From Isurus oxyrinchus (Eukaryota): a stretch of DNA of 64,000 bases. Below, piece by piece: positions 13,128 to 25,889 of this stretch (its first letter is position 1; each line of letters starts with the position of its first letter). The notes under the pieces were generated by a model that worked only from the letters and a program-made list of their open reading frames with translations, was not told the origin of the DNA and made no database searches. The position numbers were made by a program, and so were the translations under genes. The stretch spans positions 62,001-126,000 of the forward strand of contig JANJGN010000087.1 of assembly GCA_026770705.1 (NCBI GenBank). Direction: 5' to 3'.

Positions 13128-15299
13128 CTGAGTAACAATAATTGATAATGAAACTGATTATTTTCACCATTGTACACATTTGGTTAATCAGAAACTGTCA
13201 ATGGTTTGTATTGATACTGGTTCCATTCTGAGATAATGCCAATCCTGCTGCTCCCACCTTCCTCCAAAACTTATTGTTATTCTGCATTACTATTGATATA
13301 TTGTCAATTTAGCCAATAGCCCTCAGTTTGATGCTACACACGTGCAGTGCATCAGCAGTGACATATCGACGAAATATCTGCAGATGCAGATGCGGAAATT
13401 CAGGTCAATAAATATCTGCTCTCCCCGCAGCCACATTTGTTCAGACACAAGTCGTTCTCATCCAGATTCTCCTCTAGAAGCCATTGACGGAGACCGAGCC
13501 ACTGAAAAAGCAGCGACAATTTCCCTGCACTGAAAGATGCAAATGAAAAGCTTCCCTTTCCCTCAAATCATTCCACCTGACACCCCAACATACAAGCGCT
13601 CATTGACGATGAGGAGAGAGGTCTTATTAATCAGAATGATCCGGAATACGACTTTAAGCAGCTGGTATTTCATTGTGTCAAACGTCCACAACCAAAGTAC
13701 ATCAGATTGCAATCAAAGTCTCATCACCCCCGCCAGAAGAAATCCCATCACCGAAATGATTTTACATTTCTCTCTAATTGTATTATCTATCGCAAGGTGC
13801 TAAATAGGTTTATTGAAGGAACTATTCTCAAGGTCCAAATGTACAACATTTACTACCTTTGCCAGCTCACTTTTCAACAACCTCACTTGGATTTGTAAGG
13901 CTTACTCTTCACTCTATCGGCGAATATGGATGCCAATGTAGCTTTCTCTCGATACCACTTTCAGGATATAACTGTTGCCTGGCACACGCTGACTTCATCT
14001 ATACGTTGTGCAGAGACCGTGAGGGACTAAAATATCCGTCGCTTCCACCTGGAAACCTGTGTTGTCCTCGGATAATTGTCGTCCACCATTTGATCTGATG
14101 TCTGATTGTGCAACAAACATATTGATGAACAAAGTCACGGTGCAACTTCAGGCATGAAATGATAAATCCGGGAATGCTCCACCTGAAAAGTTCTGAACAT
14201 GGTAATTCCAAAGTAATGTTAACACTTCATCTAACCAGATCAATGAAAGTAATGGCCACACACAATGGAAAAATAAAATGGCTCTTGTTATTTTTGTATT
14301 TGTTTTTATCTAGGCAGCTATCATATAAAGAAGCTTGTTTGGCTGCATATTTAAGGAGCCTCGATGAGAACATAACCGGAATACATGTCCAGTTCTGAGA
14401 AGAAAGCATTAGAAAACGTAAACTCATCGAAAAAGCTTTAGAGCGGGCACACAAGAATTTTTACACCGTCTTCTCAGTGGAAACTTGAGAGGGAAGCGTA
14501 TATGGATTGTTTCATGTTCTCTTCAATTCCCGCAGTTTTAAATTTAAAAGATTCCTGCAGCATTTCCGAGTTTATTTCCTGAGAGGGTTACAAGCGGACT
14601 CGACTGAAACAGCCCGGTGTGGTCATGTAGTTACAGGGTGTTCACATCAGATTCAAAGTAGGATGGAGATATTCCTGCAGACGCTTAATTATATAATCAA
14701 ACACTTCCACCTCTTAATGTAATAATCAACGTGAAAATGACTGGGAAACAGCAGCTATATTCTCTCTCATCCTCACTCCACCCTCTCAACTCGTTTAATC
14801 GGGTCATTGTGAGGCAATGAGAAAGCAACTGCATTACGCCCCTTCCTTGGCAATTACTGACCGGTAACTTTCCATTACGTGACCTGAATTATATTCAATA
14901 ATGTAGTGGAGCAGGGAACAAATAGAAAAAGCCTCAATAAACTAATTTAGTTTTAATCCAGGACATCATTTACACTGTGGGACCCAGGCAACATTTTGGA
15001 TAACAGATTATCAGACCGGTACCTTCCAAAATGGTCACCATTGTTGCTGAAGGAAAGTTTCTGCGATAACAACTGTATCCCCTGAATATCCCTTACGCAG
15101 CTGTAATGCCAAAATTTTATTGGCGTGAAACGTGAACACCACCTCTCCACAGGAACCCCTTAGCCTCATAAGGGTTATTAGCACGTTCTGTTTTTTTTCT
15201 TCTGATTTCCAGGAACCACAGTTATATCATTTTCTTTTAATTTAGCAGTAGCCTTTCTATCCTCTCGTGCACAAGGGAAAAAAAGCCACTACCGTGACA

Positions 15300-16410
15300 A
15301 CCCATATGGAGTTAGGGTACAGGTAGCAGAATCAATTCCAAACTGGTTAGCAAACAGGAAGTATTGATTAGGGGTTGAGGGTAGATATTCAGACCAGCAC
15401 AAAGTTAGTACGTTGTGATCTACAGGTGCCAGGAACAAAATTCCCCACCGAATTATTCACAAGAAACTGTTCCAAATTACTGGATGAAGTGAAATTAGAA
15501 GCACGATTGAAACTCAGGAAAATTGCGGCGAAGTACTGAAGAACAGTAATTACAGTGGCAGAATAAACAGTAATTGCAATAATTTTACAAAATGTGTGAT
15601 CATAATTAAGGGCAATGAATTCATTTTGTTAGGCTTAATTCAGATGTCATGTACTCCTTGAAAAATGAAAGTGCAAATAAGTTAGGTGCAGAATCGGATT
15701 TCGGCGGAGAGATAAACAAATCATCGAAATATAGATCAAGAAAATCCAAACAAAAAGGATAGAAAATACCGGCCTTCATTACTGGATGGACAGAATTGAA
15801 AAGTTTGATAGGTTTTTTTTTTACGTTTCGGTCATCGGACGCTTGCGCCAGCGGGATTTTACTGTGAATCCGAAGTCAATGGACATTTGAATAGGTCGCC
15901 GCCATTTACGCCCCCGCCCCCGCCGCAACGGGGCCGTCAAATTCCAAGAGACAACAGAAAATGTTGAACACTATCTGTAAGGATTGTGACAGTTCTGCGA
16001 GGAGGGCCGAGGGGAAACAATCAATAGCCAGGCTTTATTATGTTTCACTAATGAAGAGAACCCAGGACGTTGGACTATGTCCAAACTAGAAATCTAAAAA
16101 AAACACACAAAACATCCCAACATGTATTCAGAAAAATTGTTATTACGGCATAGATGTTTGAAAGTGGAATTCGTGACCCCAGAAGATCAGGTGGTTGACA
16201 TGGATATATTTAAAGGGGCGATTTATGATCAGGTGTGGGACAAAGTATCCTCAAGTTATACTAATGGCGACAGACGAGGCGGTGTTGTTGGGGCGGGATC
16301 GGGTGAGGGTTGGGGATGGAGAGAGGCTCGATTCGATCATTAACGCCAGGATGGACCAGTTGGCCCACGTGGACAGTAAATTTGTCCTCCAGTTTGTGTA
16401 GTTATGTGTC
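15300..16410 (+). mobile_element. Degenerate CR1-type LINE 3' fragment(s), within a ~2.3-kb block absent from the right-hand paralog
   Basis: RT-region and 3'-UTR-like CR1 remnants. Homology with the paralog breaks at ~15300 and resumes at ~17630. Confidence 0.5.
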
Positions 16411-18302
16411 ATATTCCCAACAATTCCACATTCGTAACCTTGGCTAACAAGGCCTGTATTTATTATTACATCCTTTGTATAATTGAGAAGATTGTTTGGT
16501 GGTTTTTAAAAACAGCTGCATTACGTGCGGAGCAGGGCCACCGGATTTATTGTAAGATGGATAGTTTATTGAATTTGAACTCGCGGAATAAAGGACGTGG
16601 CTTGGAGATACGTTAAACGAATGTTTGGACTGGTGATCCCGTCCTCCCTCTATATAATACAGAATGCAGTCGTCGTGCCCCTTTGAGTGAGAGAATGGAG
16701 GTTGGTGGCGGTGAATGAAATCCCTGCCAAATACAAACTTTGCCTGGGGGTGGCAAGGCTCCCGATTGTTGCTTTAGCAGCGCCTATTCAGGGCAAGTGG
16801 AGTTTGCACGATCTCTAATGAATCGGGACCTAATAAGCTCTGGAGAGCGAGGTGATGATCGAAGTTCACGGCATATTCAGCCTCCAGCCTGCTCAAGTGC
16901 CTAAAGCATTGAAATGAGTCTTGCAATTGCGAATTTAGCCAAAGGCTTTCCCCAAGTTTAAGATGGCGAGGGACTGTTTTATCGCGAAGCAACTGAATGC
17001 CAAGCGGAGGCTTTCATTGTGTTCTTGTCGTTAGCCCCTTGCACATATCCGTGTGGTACAATTCTTACTTATCCCCGAGAATTTGAGGCCTGGGTGTAGT
17101 CCGGGATTTGCACTGTGTGGACTTGGGCTGCTTCCTAATTTGAGGAATTTGTAATGTAGTTGAGCACTGAGCAATCATTAGTGAACAAGTACATTTCTGA
17201 ATATATAACGTTAGAAAGGGCAGTGATGAAGCAATTGAAGATAGTTCGACATTGAGCAGTAACTTAGAAAGTGCAGCTTCCGCTGAAGCCCTATGGACAT
17301 TGGTTTTAATAGACTTGTTCAGTTTTACAATTGCAGCTCTGTACAGCAATATCCACCAATTTTGTTAATTTGGTAATTAATCTTTTCTGATGACGACCAG
17401 GTGAAATTATATGTGTCAGGATTTCCTGCGGTTGGGGATGGGGAACTCTCGGCCTTTCATTGAGTAATATAACGCTCTTAAGTTTATTCACTGCAATTGT
17501 CTCGTGCACAGCACTTGACATATTTTTTGAATTGCTGCACATCGCACGATTTCAATATTGATTCAATCTTGAAATGATTGGGACTGATCAGTTAACATCG
17601 GGATCTTGTGGTGCAGCTTATTCCCGTACTGCCACATGACTCAGGCTCTCTCTGTGCTGAGGAACCTCTCTCCCCAGATCCCGTTTCAAATTCTGTAAAA
17701 ATATCGACTCCAATCTTCCGTAACACGGACTGTCAGACACCAGAGGTAGGACAGAAAGTCGCATCGGAACCCTCTGCAAGTATTGGCGCCTTGTCCTATT
17801 TGCGAGCATCAGTGATCTGATGGAATCACCTGGGTAGCCAGCCAGGACATTTTTACAGAGAGGGAGAAAAAAACAATAATGTAAGAGCTGGGCAAGTGGA
17901 CAACCGGCCGCGCAATTGGCTCTCACTGAACACGCTAAGAACATCCCTAAACACCCGGGCGAGTAGAGAGGAAGAGTGTATTTTGGTCCAGGATTTTCCG
18001 AAAATTACTGCCTCTGCTTGGAAAAGCCGGCTCACCTCACAGCAAGCGGCCTGCAGCGTTATAAAGAGGGGCCTCACGTGCCTTACGGTGTGAGCTCTTT
18101 TTTTGATAAACGCAATTATTTAAAATAATTTATTACATGCATTGATTCTAAATGAATATAGCATAAACTCTCATTATAACATCGGGCCCGAATTCTAATT
18201 TATCACCTTTGCCCTTGGCCATAATAACCTTTCCTCCTTTACGGTCGGGAAAATGGTCAGACACAGAGGGCGAAGAGAGACAGAATTTTTTTTTTCTTTT
18301 TC

Positions 18303-18724
18303 CTGAGCAGATCGTTATGGCAACATGGGTGGGTGCAAGGAATGGTGATCCCAGTCACATCATTCACAACTCCCATCCCCACGCCCAGAGAGTCCGCGTA
18401 ACCTCTGCACTGAACAGTGTGCCTTCCCCACAGTGAGCCCCGCCCGGTGCATCACGCGCAGACCCGTAGTCCAGCTCCCGAAACACCACAGCGGTGTCCT
18501 GCGTGTCCCAGCTGAGACCAAACTGAGTCCCCCACTTCAGTTCTGTTGAAGGGTCATGAGGACTCGAAACCTCAACTCTTTTCTTGTCCGCCGATGCTGC
18601 CAGACCTACTGAGTTTTTCCTGGTAATTCTGTTTGTGTTACAGTCCGCTACTTCCCCATGTAGTGAATCGCCACTCTTCCTGAGCACCTACTGCCCACAT
18701 TCGACCGTCTTAGCTTCACTGTCT
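18303..18724 (-). pseudogene. SRCR pseudo-exon, paralog of SRCR1 (58903-59217), interrupted by a pLTR insert
   Basis: Translates KWGTQFGLSWDTQDTAVVFRELDYGSARDAPGGAHCGEG. Relative to the intact copy the acceptor is AG>GG, the donor is GT>GA and Cys residues are lost. Confidence 0.9.
18538..18641 (+). mobile_element. Short Penelope-like pLTR insert with degenerate ~12-bp TSD
   Basis: Flanks are AGTCCCCCACTT (18526-18537) and AGTCCGCTACTT (18642-18653); the intact paralog has a single ACAGTCCCCCACTG. Confidence 0.82.
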
Positions 18725-19373
18725 CCGTAAAACACCATAATACCGGTAGAATTACAACCTAATAAACATCAGATCCCCAGCAATCGGGTTCGGTCGGTCA
18801 GTGCTCAATAATTTGGAATATTGGTCTGTGCCCAGACTCTCATTCAAAATTGGAATAAGTATAATACGTGTGAAAGATAAAATTCTGATAGTAATAAACC
18901 CTGTGAACGTCTAGGTAATAAGTGGGAAGTTCACAGCACCAGAGATGTCCCCTCAGGGACAGCGTGTCCATAATTTACAATATGTTCCAGCCCCCAGAGA
19001 TCAGAGAGACATTGCTAACTGACTGATTGGACGTGAGAGATCCCAGCCCGAGTGCAAATTGGAAGATATCTAACCCTTCTCCCAGCCCGACCCGGAAATG
19101 GATCATTATGCAATCTCCATGACAAGGATGTTCTAACTCGCGAGGTGGCAGCCCATTTGCATCGGCAGCAGCATCAGTTGTTTTTCACATTCGCCTCTCT
19201 GGTGCCCCAGTCATTTTCGCTCTGCATTGGGCACCAATTCCCTCTCAACATGATTTTAATATGTTCAGAAAGAAAATTCAGGAAAAAACTGCATTCGGCA
19301 CTGGTAGCTATATGGAAACCGAGTTCATCAATGATCAAATAGACACTGCAATTGTCTCCGGTATTTAGTTTGT

Positions 19374-20065
19374 CCTCGAGCATGACCCAGACCTCCCTGT
19401 CGCTTGCCATTTCAATAGTCCGCCCTGTTCTCATGCCCACATGTCCGTCTTTGGCATGCAGCATTGTTCCAGTGATGCTCAACGCAAACTGGAGCAAGAG
19501 CACCTCATCTTCCGAGTAGGCACTTTACAGCCTTCTGGGCAGAATATCCAGTTCAACAATTTCAGGTATTGAACTCTGTCCTCCATCCCCAACCACTTTC
19601 CAATCCCCCTTTTTTCCAAATATTTTTATTTTCCCACCTATTTCCATTACTTTCATTAGTATGTCTGTCCAGTGCTTTATCTCTGCCTTTTAGCCTATTT
19701 CTATCCCATCCCCACACTCCACCCCCATTAGGCCTATCTGTATCTTTATTAGCACATTCCATAGATAATATCACCAGCTTCAACACCTTTTTGTCCTTTT
19801 GTCTGTGACATGTTTTGGCTATCTCCACCTATCTCTGGTCCTCTATCCAGCTCTACCTGTCCCATCCCTCCCCTCTAAACCAACTTATATTTCACCACTT
19901 TTCTACTTTTTCTTAGTTCTGTTGAAGAGTTATACGGACTCGAAACATTAAGTGTGTTCCTCTATGCAGATGCCCTCAGACCCATTTAGTTTTTCCAGGT
20001 ATATTTGTTTTGTTTTGGATTACCAGAATACGCAGGGTTTTTGTTTTGCTTTTATCTTTTATTTT
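19374..20065 (+). mobile_element. 5'-truncated Penelope-like element (GIY-YIG C-terminus, 3' UTR and pLTR)
   Basis: Translates HDPDLPVACHFNSPPCSHAHMSVFGMQHCSSDAQRKLEQEHLIFRVGTLQPSGQNIQFNNF, a typical PLE endonuclease C-terminus. The pLTR is at ~19915-20045, and the paralog has an empty site at ~59870. Confidence 0.85.
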
Positions 20066-20133
20066 GGTTCGTTTTGATTGACGTGGATTAGAGCAGGAAG
20101 TTATCACATAATATGAAAATTGAGACTGATCAC

Positions 20134-20166
20134 CTGATGGATTTTCCTGACTGCTGCCATGTCTGC
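20134..20166 (-). pseudogene. 33-nt micro-exon of the dead SRCR paralog (RHGSSQENPS)
   Basis: tttcag|GCAGACATGGCAGCAGTCAGGAAAATCCATCAG|gtgat; homologous to 59933-59965. Confidence 0.7.
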
Positions 20167-20191
20167 CTGAAATGTAATATTGAGAATTAAC

Positions 20192-20410
20192 AAAACAAAA
20201 ACAGAATTACCTGGAAAAACTCAGCAGGTCTGGCAGCATCGGCGGAGAAGAAAAGAGTTGACGTTTCGAGTCCTCATGACCCTTCGACAGAACCTTCTTT
20301 TCTTCTCTTCTTTTCTTCTCCGCCGATGCTGCCAGACCTGCTGCGTTTTTCCAGGTAATTCTGTTTTTGTTTTGGATTTCCAGCATCTGCAGTTTTTTTG
20401 TTTTTATCTC
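20192..20410. mobile_element. Inverted pair of Penelope-like pLTRs with perfect 14-bp TSD
   Basis: TATTGAGAATTAAC at 20178-20191 and 20411-20424. The arms 20192-20256 and ~20309-20373 are reverse complements with one mismatch. Confidence 0.88.
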
Positions 20411-21299
20411 TATTGAGAATTAACTTTCGCTGGGCGAGGAGATAAATGGACATGCAAGAAATATTATTTCTTAAAAGCAACAACGAGGTTATTTTGTCCT
20501 TCTTTGAACCATAGGGTTGCAAGAACATTATGCTAACAAAATTCGCAAAGGCCAAAGTTCCCATTGTTATCGGAAGGTAGAATCTCTGTCGTTTTTCTGA
20601 AGAAATAATCTCGGAATTTGTGATTTCTCCTGTTCCCCACTCCCAATAAAACAACCGATGCAGCCTCAACATCAAGTTCATCTTGCTAACATGTCAACAT
20701 TTTTGCAGGAGTTCTGGAGAATACGCCATCTGAGAGATCAACTTCTCACTATATATAGCCCCTCCGACATTCTATCGATGGTACGTTGCCCTCATGCCCC
20801 TGTTCGCTCTTGTTGACATTGTGACCTGTCGGTTTCTTTGTCACTTTCGATTTGTTAGTTTCACACCATTGACAGAGCGTTAACCTTTTCCAAAATGTGT
20901 TAGTTCTTTTTTAAATTTTACCTGAATAACCTTCTAGTCTCTCTAAATTCCAAATTTGCTGTTTTGTAGAACATTTGACACTGATTCCAGCCCTCAGATG
21001 GATTGCTGCACCTCCTTGCAAAATTCCCAGTTTTCCTTCTCCCGCTTCAAATGATCCCATTATTCTCTGGCGCTACCGCATTCTGAAAGATTAACCTCAC
21101 GGTTCTGTCAAAGCCTAACACAAGAATGGGGATTTGGGGGGCAATCTTTGCTGTCAGTGTGGAGTTGCTAAGGGCGTGTGAGGCTTTCCTGTAGTTGAAG
21201 TAAGTCACGCACTTTGGGCATTACAGAATGCAGAATGACAGAATGCCAGCCACATTGGTCCTGTTCAATTATCCTGCATGAAATCTTGAACCGCCTTCA

Positions 21300-21400
21300 T
21301 CCAGACCTAAAGAAGGACCATATAGAATCGAAATGTTGACTCTCTCCACAGATGTTCTCGGGTCTGCTGGGTTTTTCCAGCAATTTCTCTTTTGATGTTG
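21300..21400 (+). mobile_element. Old degenerate PLE pLTR copy
   Basis: gaaggaccatatagaatcgaaatgttgactctctccacagatgttctcgggtctgctgggtttttccagc resembles the pLTR family. Confidence 0.5.
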
Positions 21401-21689
21401 CCAAAATCCAACGCCTTCTTTTTATTTTCTCCTTTAGTTTTAAACTACCAGCAAGTACATATCCAACACATCCTGTACAATTTTTTTAATGCTCCATGTT
21501 GATTGACTCTTGCACCGTATCACAACACAGTAGAATTCCATTAATATGTGTCACATATCCATTGTTGAATAAGCTCCCCCAGTAACCTTGTGTCACCTTT
21601 CCAGGAAAAACTGACTAGGCTAAAATATTTCTGCCGAAAGCCTGCGCCTAGTTAGAATGTATAAGTCATGAGTGTGATGCAATAGTTAG

Positions 21690-22170
21690 TAATTGTCTGA
21701 GTAATGGAAGTCGCAACAATGCTCAAGGAATTCCACACAATCTGCGTTACAGGAACGCCCTTGATTGGCTGTCCAAGCATCTCCTATATCAGTCGCTATC
21801 GCATTTACAAGATTCACTGCAACAACATGCCAAGTCTCTTTCAGCAGCTCTTTCCAGACTGGCGAGCGTAAATGCCTCGCTGAACATGAGCAGCAGGCGA
21901 ATGGTAGTACCACAAACTTAAGGTTCCCCCCAACACCCCGCACGCCAAAACTCCACGCCAGTCACGATGCTGACTTGGAACTATATCGATTTTCCTTCAC
22001 TGCATTGGCTTCCCTCCTTAACATTATGATGCGTTTAAGTGAACCTCAGACATTGCTGGGCTTCAAAAAGACGATTTGGAACAGTTTTATCTAGGGAAGC
22101 TGGGGCCGGGCAACAATTGCTGGCAGATCTAATGACTACAGATCCCGGGAGCCACAGAAAAACAAATACA
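21690..22170 (+). mobile_element. 3' fragment of a second non-LTR retrotransposon family (clade uncertain)
   Basis: Homologous to 25070-25590, 38620-39970 and 45020-46200. Its 5' part is shared with the paralog at ~60660-60780, so it predates the duplication. Confidence 0.6.
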
Positions 22171-25069
22171 GGCAAGGATGTCACGGAACATATCCTAAAT
22201 TATGAAAAGATGAGCAGTTCCTTGCACGGGAATTTAACTCCCAGAATGAGACTTAGGGCCACGGATTATTTAGATCGTTAACATTGATTACAGGACTAAT
22301 ATAAGGGTTATAAATCCAGCTAACACAAAATGTTAATTAATGTATTTTTCTCATGAGGGATTATTCGATAGGTAGTGATGAAAACAGTTCCCAAGCTATG
22401 AGGCCTGATTTCAATAGCTGTCACAAACTGCACGGTAGAATTGCGAGCAAAATGAATTAAAAAATAAATTATTCGTGTTATGTTCTCCATTAAGCTCAGG
22501 ACTGATGAGGCTCGCAATCTACTATTGCAAATTTAAAATATATATATATATTTCCCACCCAATGAATTTATGTTGGATTAATAGTTACTAACGTTAGAAA
22601 ACTACTAACCATTTATCCAATACTTACGAAACTGAATAACGTTTTCATGCATTCTAGATACAAATGAGTTTAAAGTCCTGATACAAAGTGACATGGAGTA
22701 TAACGAGATTGAGAATGGAGACCTGATATCTCATTAAATACAAGATGAACCTATGTAAAAAAAATGTTGGGTATATGGAAGAGGCTGACAAGTATTCATG
22801 TTCACGTACATAACATGCATTAATTGCGTGTCTAAGGAAACTTGATTTTAATTTTAGAATCTCCGTAAAAAAAAGTCAAAAAATTTTCATCGGTTAATTC
22901 CTGGGAAGATGTGAGATCTTTCAGTCTCCTCATTTTTCAGCGTGCAGATGGTACTTATTATAACCTTAATTATACTTTCAAAGCCAATATTGATCTATCT
23001 CGTTTTAAGTTAACTTTTTGCCAAATTTACAGGCATTCCCAGAAGTCCAAAGCTGAAAACACGATTTATAGTCTTTCCGCTCATTACAACTCACATTATT
23101 CACACAGCACTATCACTGATGAATATATTTTTGAAAAATGTGTGTGTTATTTCAGTTGGCAGCAACTGCAAAATTAACTTGGTTTCTACAGTCAGTGAGT
23201 GAACTTACATCCCAGAATGTGATACATGCTATTTTAAGAATGATGGCGCTCTGCTTCGAGCACGTTGGGTTTAACAAGATTTGCAATTACATTTTGTTTT
23301 GTCTACAAGAACCGCAGGGGTCAAGATAAGCTAACCCGCTCTTTCCTTGAGTTGGATTCTGTATGAAATTTATATTTGATATGAACATTGTCGTGAAGTC
23401 AAACTTTTTGTTCAGCAGATGCAAGCTACACAATGCACGTCACAATTGTTAATCGAATTGGAGAAAATAATTTTTCTGTTAAAAACCGAATGAACCGAAA
23501 ATAAAACAGACCATAAACTGTCTTCAATTAAATGTCTAGATATTAAATAAGATCTTTCAAATTTTGCTCGCCCTGAGACAACCTATTCCAAAATTGAACA
23601 GAACAGACCTGCTTGTGTAATTTGAACTTGATCTGCATTTGGTCTGTGAAAATTAGTCTGGATAACATAAATCTCCTTTCTACCCTGTGAAGAAAATGGT
23701 CATTAACCAATACAATCAGGGTTTCAGAATTTAGACATTTATTTCTCTATCTTTTATAATTAAACTAAATAGCCAATGAAAATGATTTCTGGTAAATAAA
23801 ATATTTATCTGATAACAGCGCTGGAATGTATTCACTGTCAGTGAAACAAACTTAATTATTGAATCTTCGAACGAGAAAGCAGCAAAAAAATCCTCCATGC
23901 CCCGCTGCAAGGAGATGGAGAAAATGACAATTCCCTTGATCCCCTTAACACTGCACAACTCGATATAAAAGTTATCGGCAATGTGGAAGGAGGAGGAGAA
24001 AAGATGATAGTTTCCTGGATCTGTACATGTAAAATGTATGAAGTCGAATCACCAACTTCACATCAAATCATCCTAATTATGAAGGAAATTGAAGCTAAAC
24101 TAAACACGGCAATTATGTAGAAAAAGAACTAGTTTACCTAGTTAATATTTGGGGATTGCAGTCAGTAATTTTACTGATGATAAATATTATTTGAAGCCAT
24201 ATTGATGCTGAGAATGCTTAATATTTTATCATACTATATTCAAAAATTCTAGCCCGCCTTCTGATGCAGAATAAATTATGTAATTGTTTCTTTGTTTCGC
24301 TGTATGACCAGGAGGGTTGACAACATTTGCATTGAGAAATCTGACTGATAGAAACATCTGCATTGGTTCATTCTCCGGTTGGTACAGCTCTGACTGTTAT
24401 TCTGTACTCCTTGAGTTAATTGTCCTCCAGAATCGGATACTCTCATTTATAACAGGGATGGGTTCGGCTACTTATTTGCTGAATTTAATTAACCAGTTTA
24501 GAATGCAATGTTCACCCTGCTGTTTCTGTACAAGAGCACACAGGTCATGTTAAAAACAAACTGCTGGAAGACTCTACTCCACATTTCACTTAACCTGATT
24601 GGCTTCGGCTCCCTTCTTAGTTATGCATGCATTTACATCTGCCTTAAAAATAAATTGCACAGGCGCCGACGCCTCGTTTAGTTGGGCAAGAGAGATCGAA
24701 ATGCTCATCAAGATCTGATAGAAACATTCGTCACACTTGTGTCTTAAATCTGAGAATCCATGTTCTTTAACTGATCCACCAAGTTCTAGACTCGCCCAAG
24801 AGGACATGAAGGTATTACAGAGGAAGCACAGACTTGGTTCAAAGTGGAGGAATTCAATTATCTGATTAGGTGTGTGAAATTTGATCTGTTCTCCTTGAAG
24901 AGGAGGTGATTAATTGGAGTTATGATATTGGTGTTCATAACAATGTGGATACTGTGCATTCTGTACAGGGAGAAAGTGTTCTCCTTCGCTAAGTTTATGG
25001 ACGCTGGGATTAAAGCAAGGGCGAGCACTTCTGATCTCCAACACAATCCCTGAGATTCAATCTTCTCCA

Positions 25070-25590
25070 AGGAACCAGTCAGGAGTGTGATGGTGTACTC
25101 CGCATTTGTCTGTGAGAGTGTAAGTCCAACAAAATTCGAGAAACTCGCCAACATACAAGACAAAGCAGGCCGCTCTTTGTTTGCCTTTTACACGAACATT
25201 CATTACCTCCACCATCGACGCAAATTGGCAGCAGTGTGTACCATCAATAGCAAAGACTGCAGGCTCCACAACCCTTCTTACACAGCACCTTAGAATCTCA
25301 CGCCCACTACAGCCTCCAAGTGCAAGGGCAGCTGACAGATTGGAAGACCGCCACCTCCACTTTCCCCAGCATGACACACCATAATTACATGGAAATAAAC
25401 GGCCTTTTAATCACTTTCGCTCTGTGAATTCCTGGAATTCTACCTCACCGCACTGTAGGTGTAACTACACAACATGGAATTCAGCGGCTGTGGAAGGCAG
25501 CTCAGCACAAAATTCTCAAGGACAATTAGGAATATCCAATAATTGTTGGCCTTGCCAGCGACGCTCAAAGCCTATGGCTGCATAAATGTT
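25070..25590 (+). mobile_element. 3' fragment of the second non-LTR family
   Basis: Translates KLANIQDKAGRSL..NIHYLHHRRKLAAVCTI, followed by the 3' UTR shared with the other copies. Confidence 0.7.
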
Positions 25591-25889
25591 TAACAGAGAG
25601 CACTGTGGACACAAAGACCCTTACTTCACAGCGTCACCTTTAACATAAATGGAACTGTCCACTCACAGAACAACTCCACTTTCGCACATCACGCCCACGG
25701 CTGACTGAGATGTTCGAGGACCAAGTAGCAACTCAAGCATTACCCACCACCCCCCAAACCTCCTCCCCCACATTCCGATCCATCTTGCTGAGTTTGCTCT
25801 TCTTTGATTATGATTCAGTCAGTCAAAACCATCACTATCATCAGGCTCCAGTATTCTTGGGCGAGGATCTCACAAAGCTAGCTGGCCAT

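Larger units (their letters stand above)
12800..24570. repeat. Old segmental duplicate of ~55800-62720 (5' part of the SRCR gene)
   Basis: Colinear homology in exons and introns, e.g. 14953-15150 vs 57803-58018, 17690-18230 vs 58200-58830, 22670-22740 vs 60800-60870 and 24480-24570 vs 62630-62720. Confidence 0.88.

Noticed and set aside
13538-13545. Octamer ATGCAAAT, and an ISRE-like AGTGAAACTAAAAC near 1392
   Set aside because: Such short motifs are expected by chance in 64 kb, and no associated promoter or first exon was identified.
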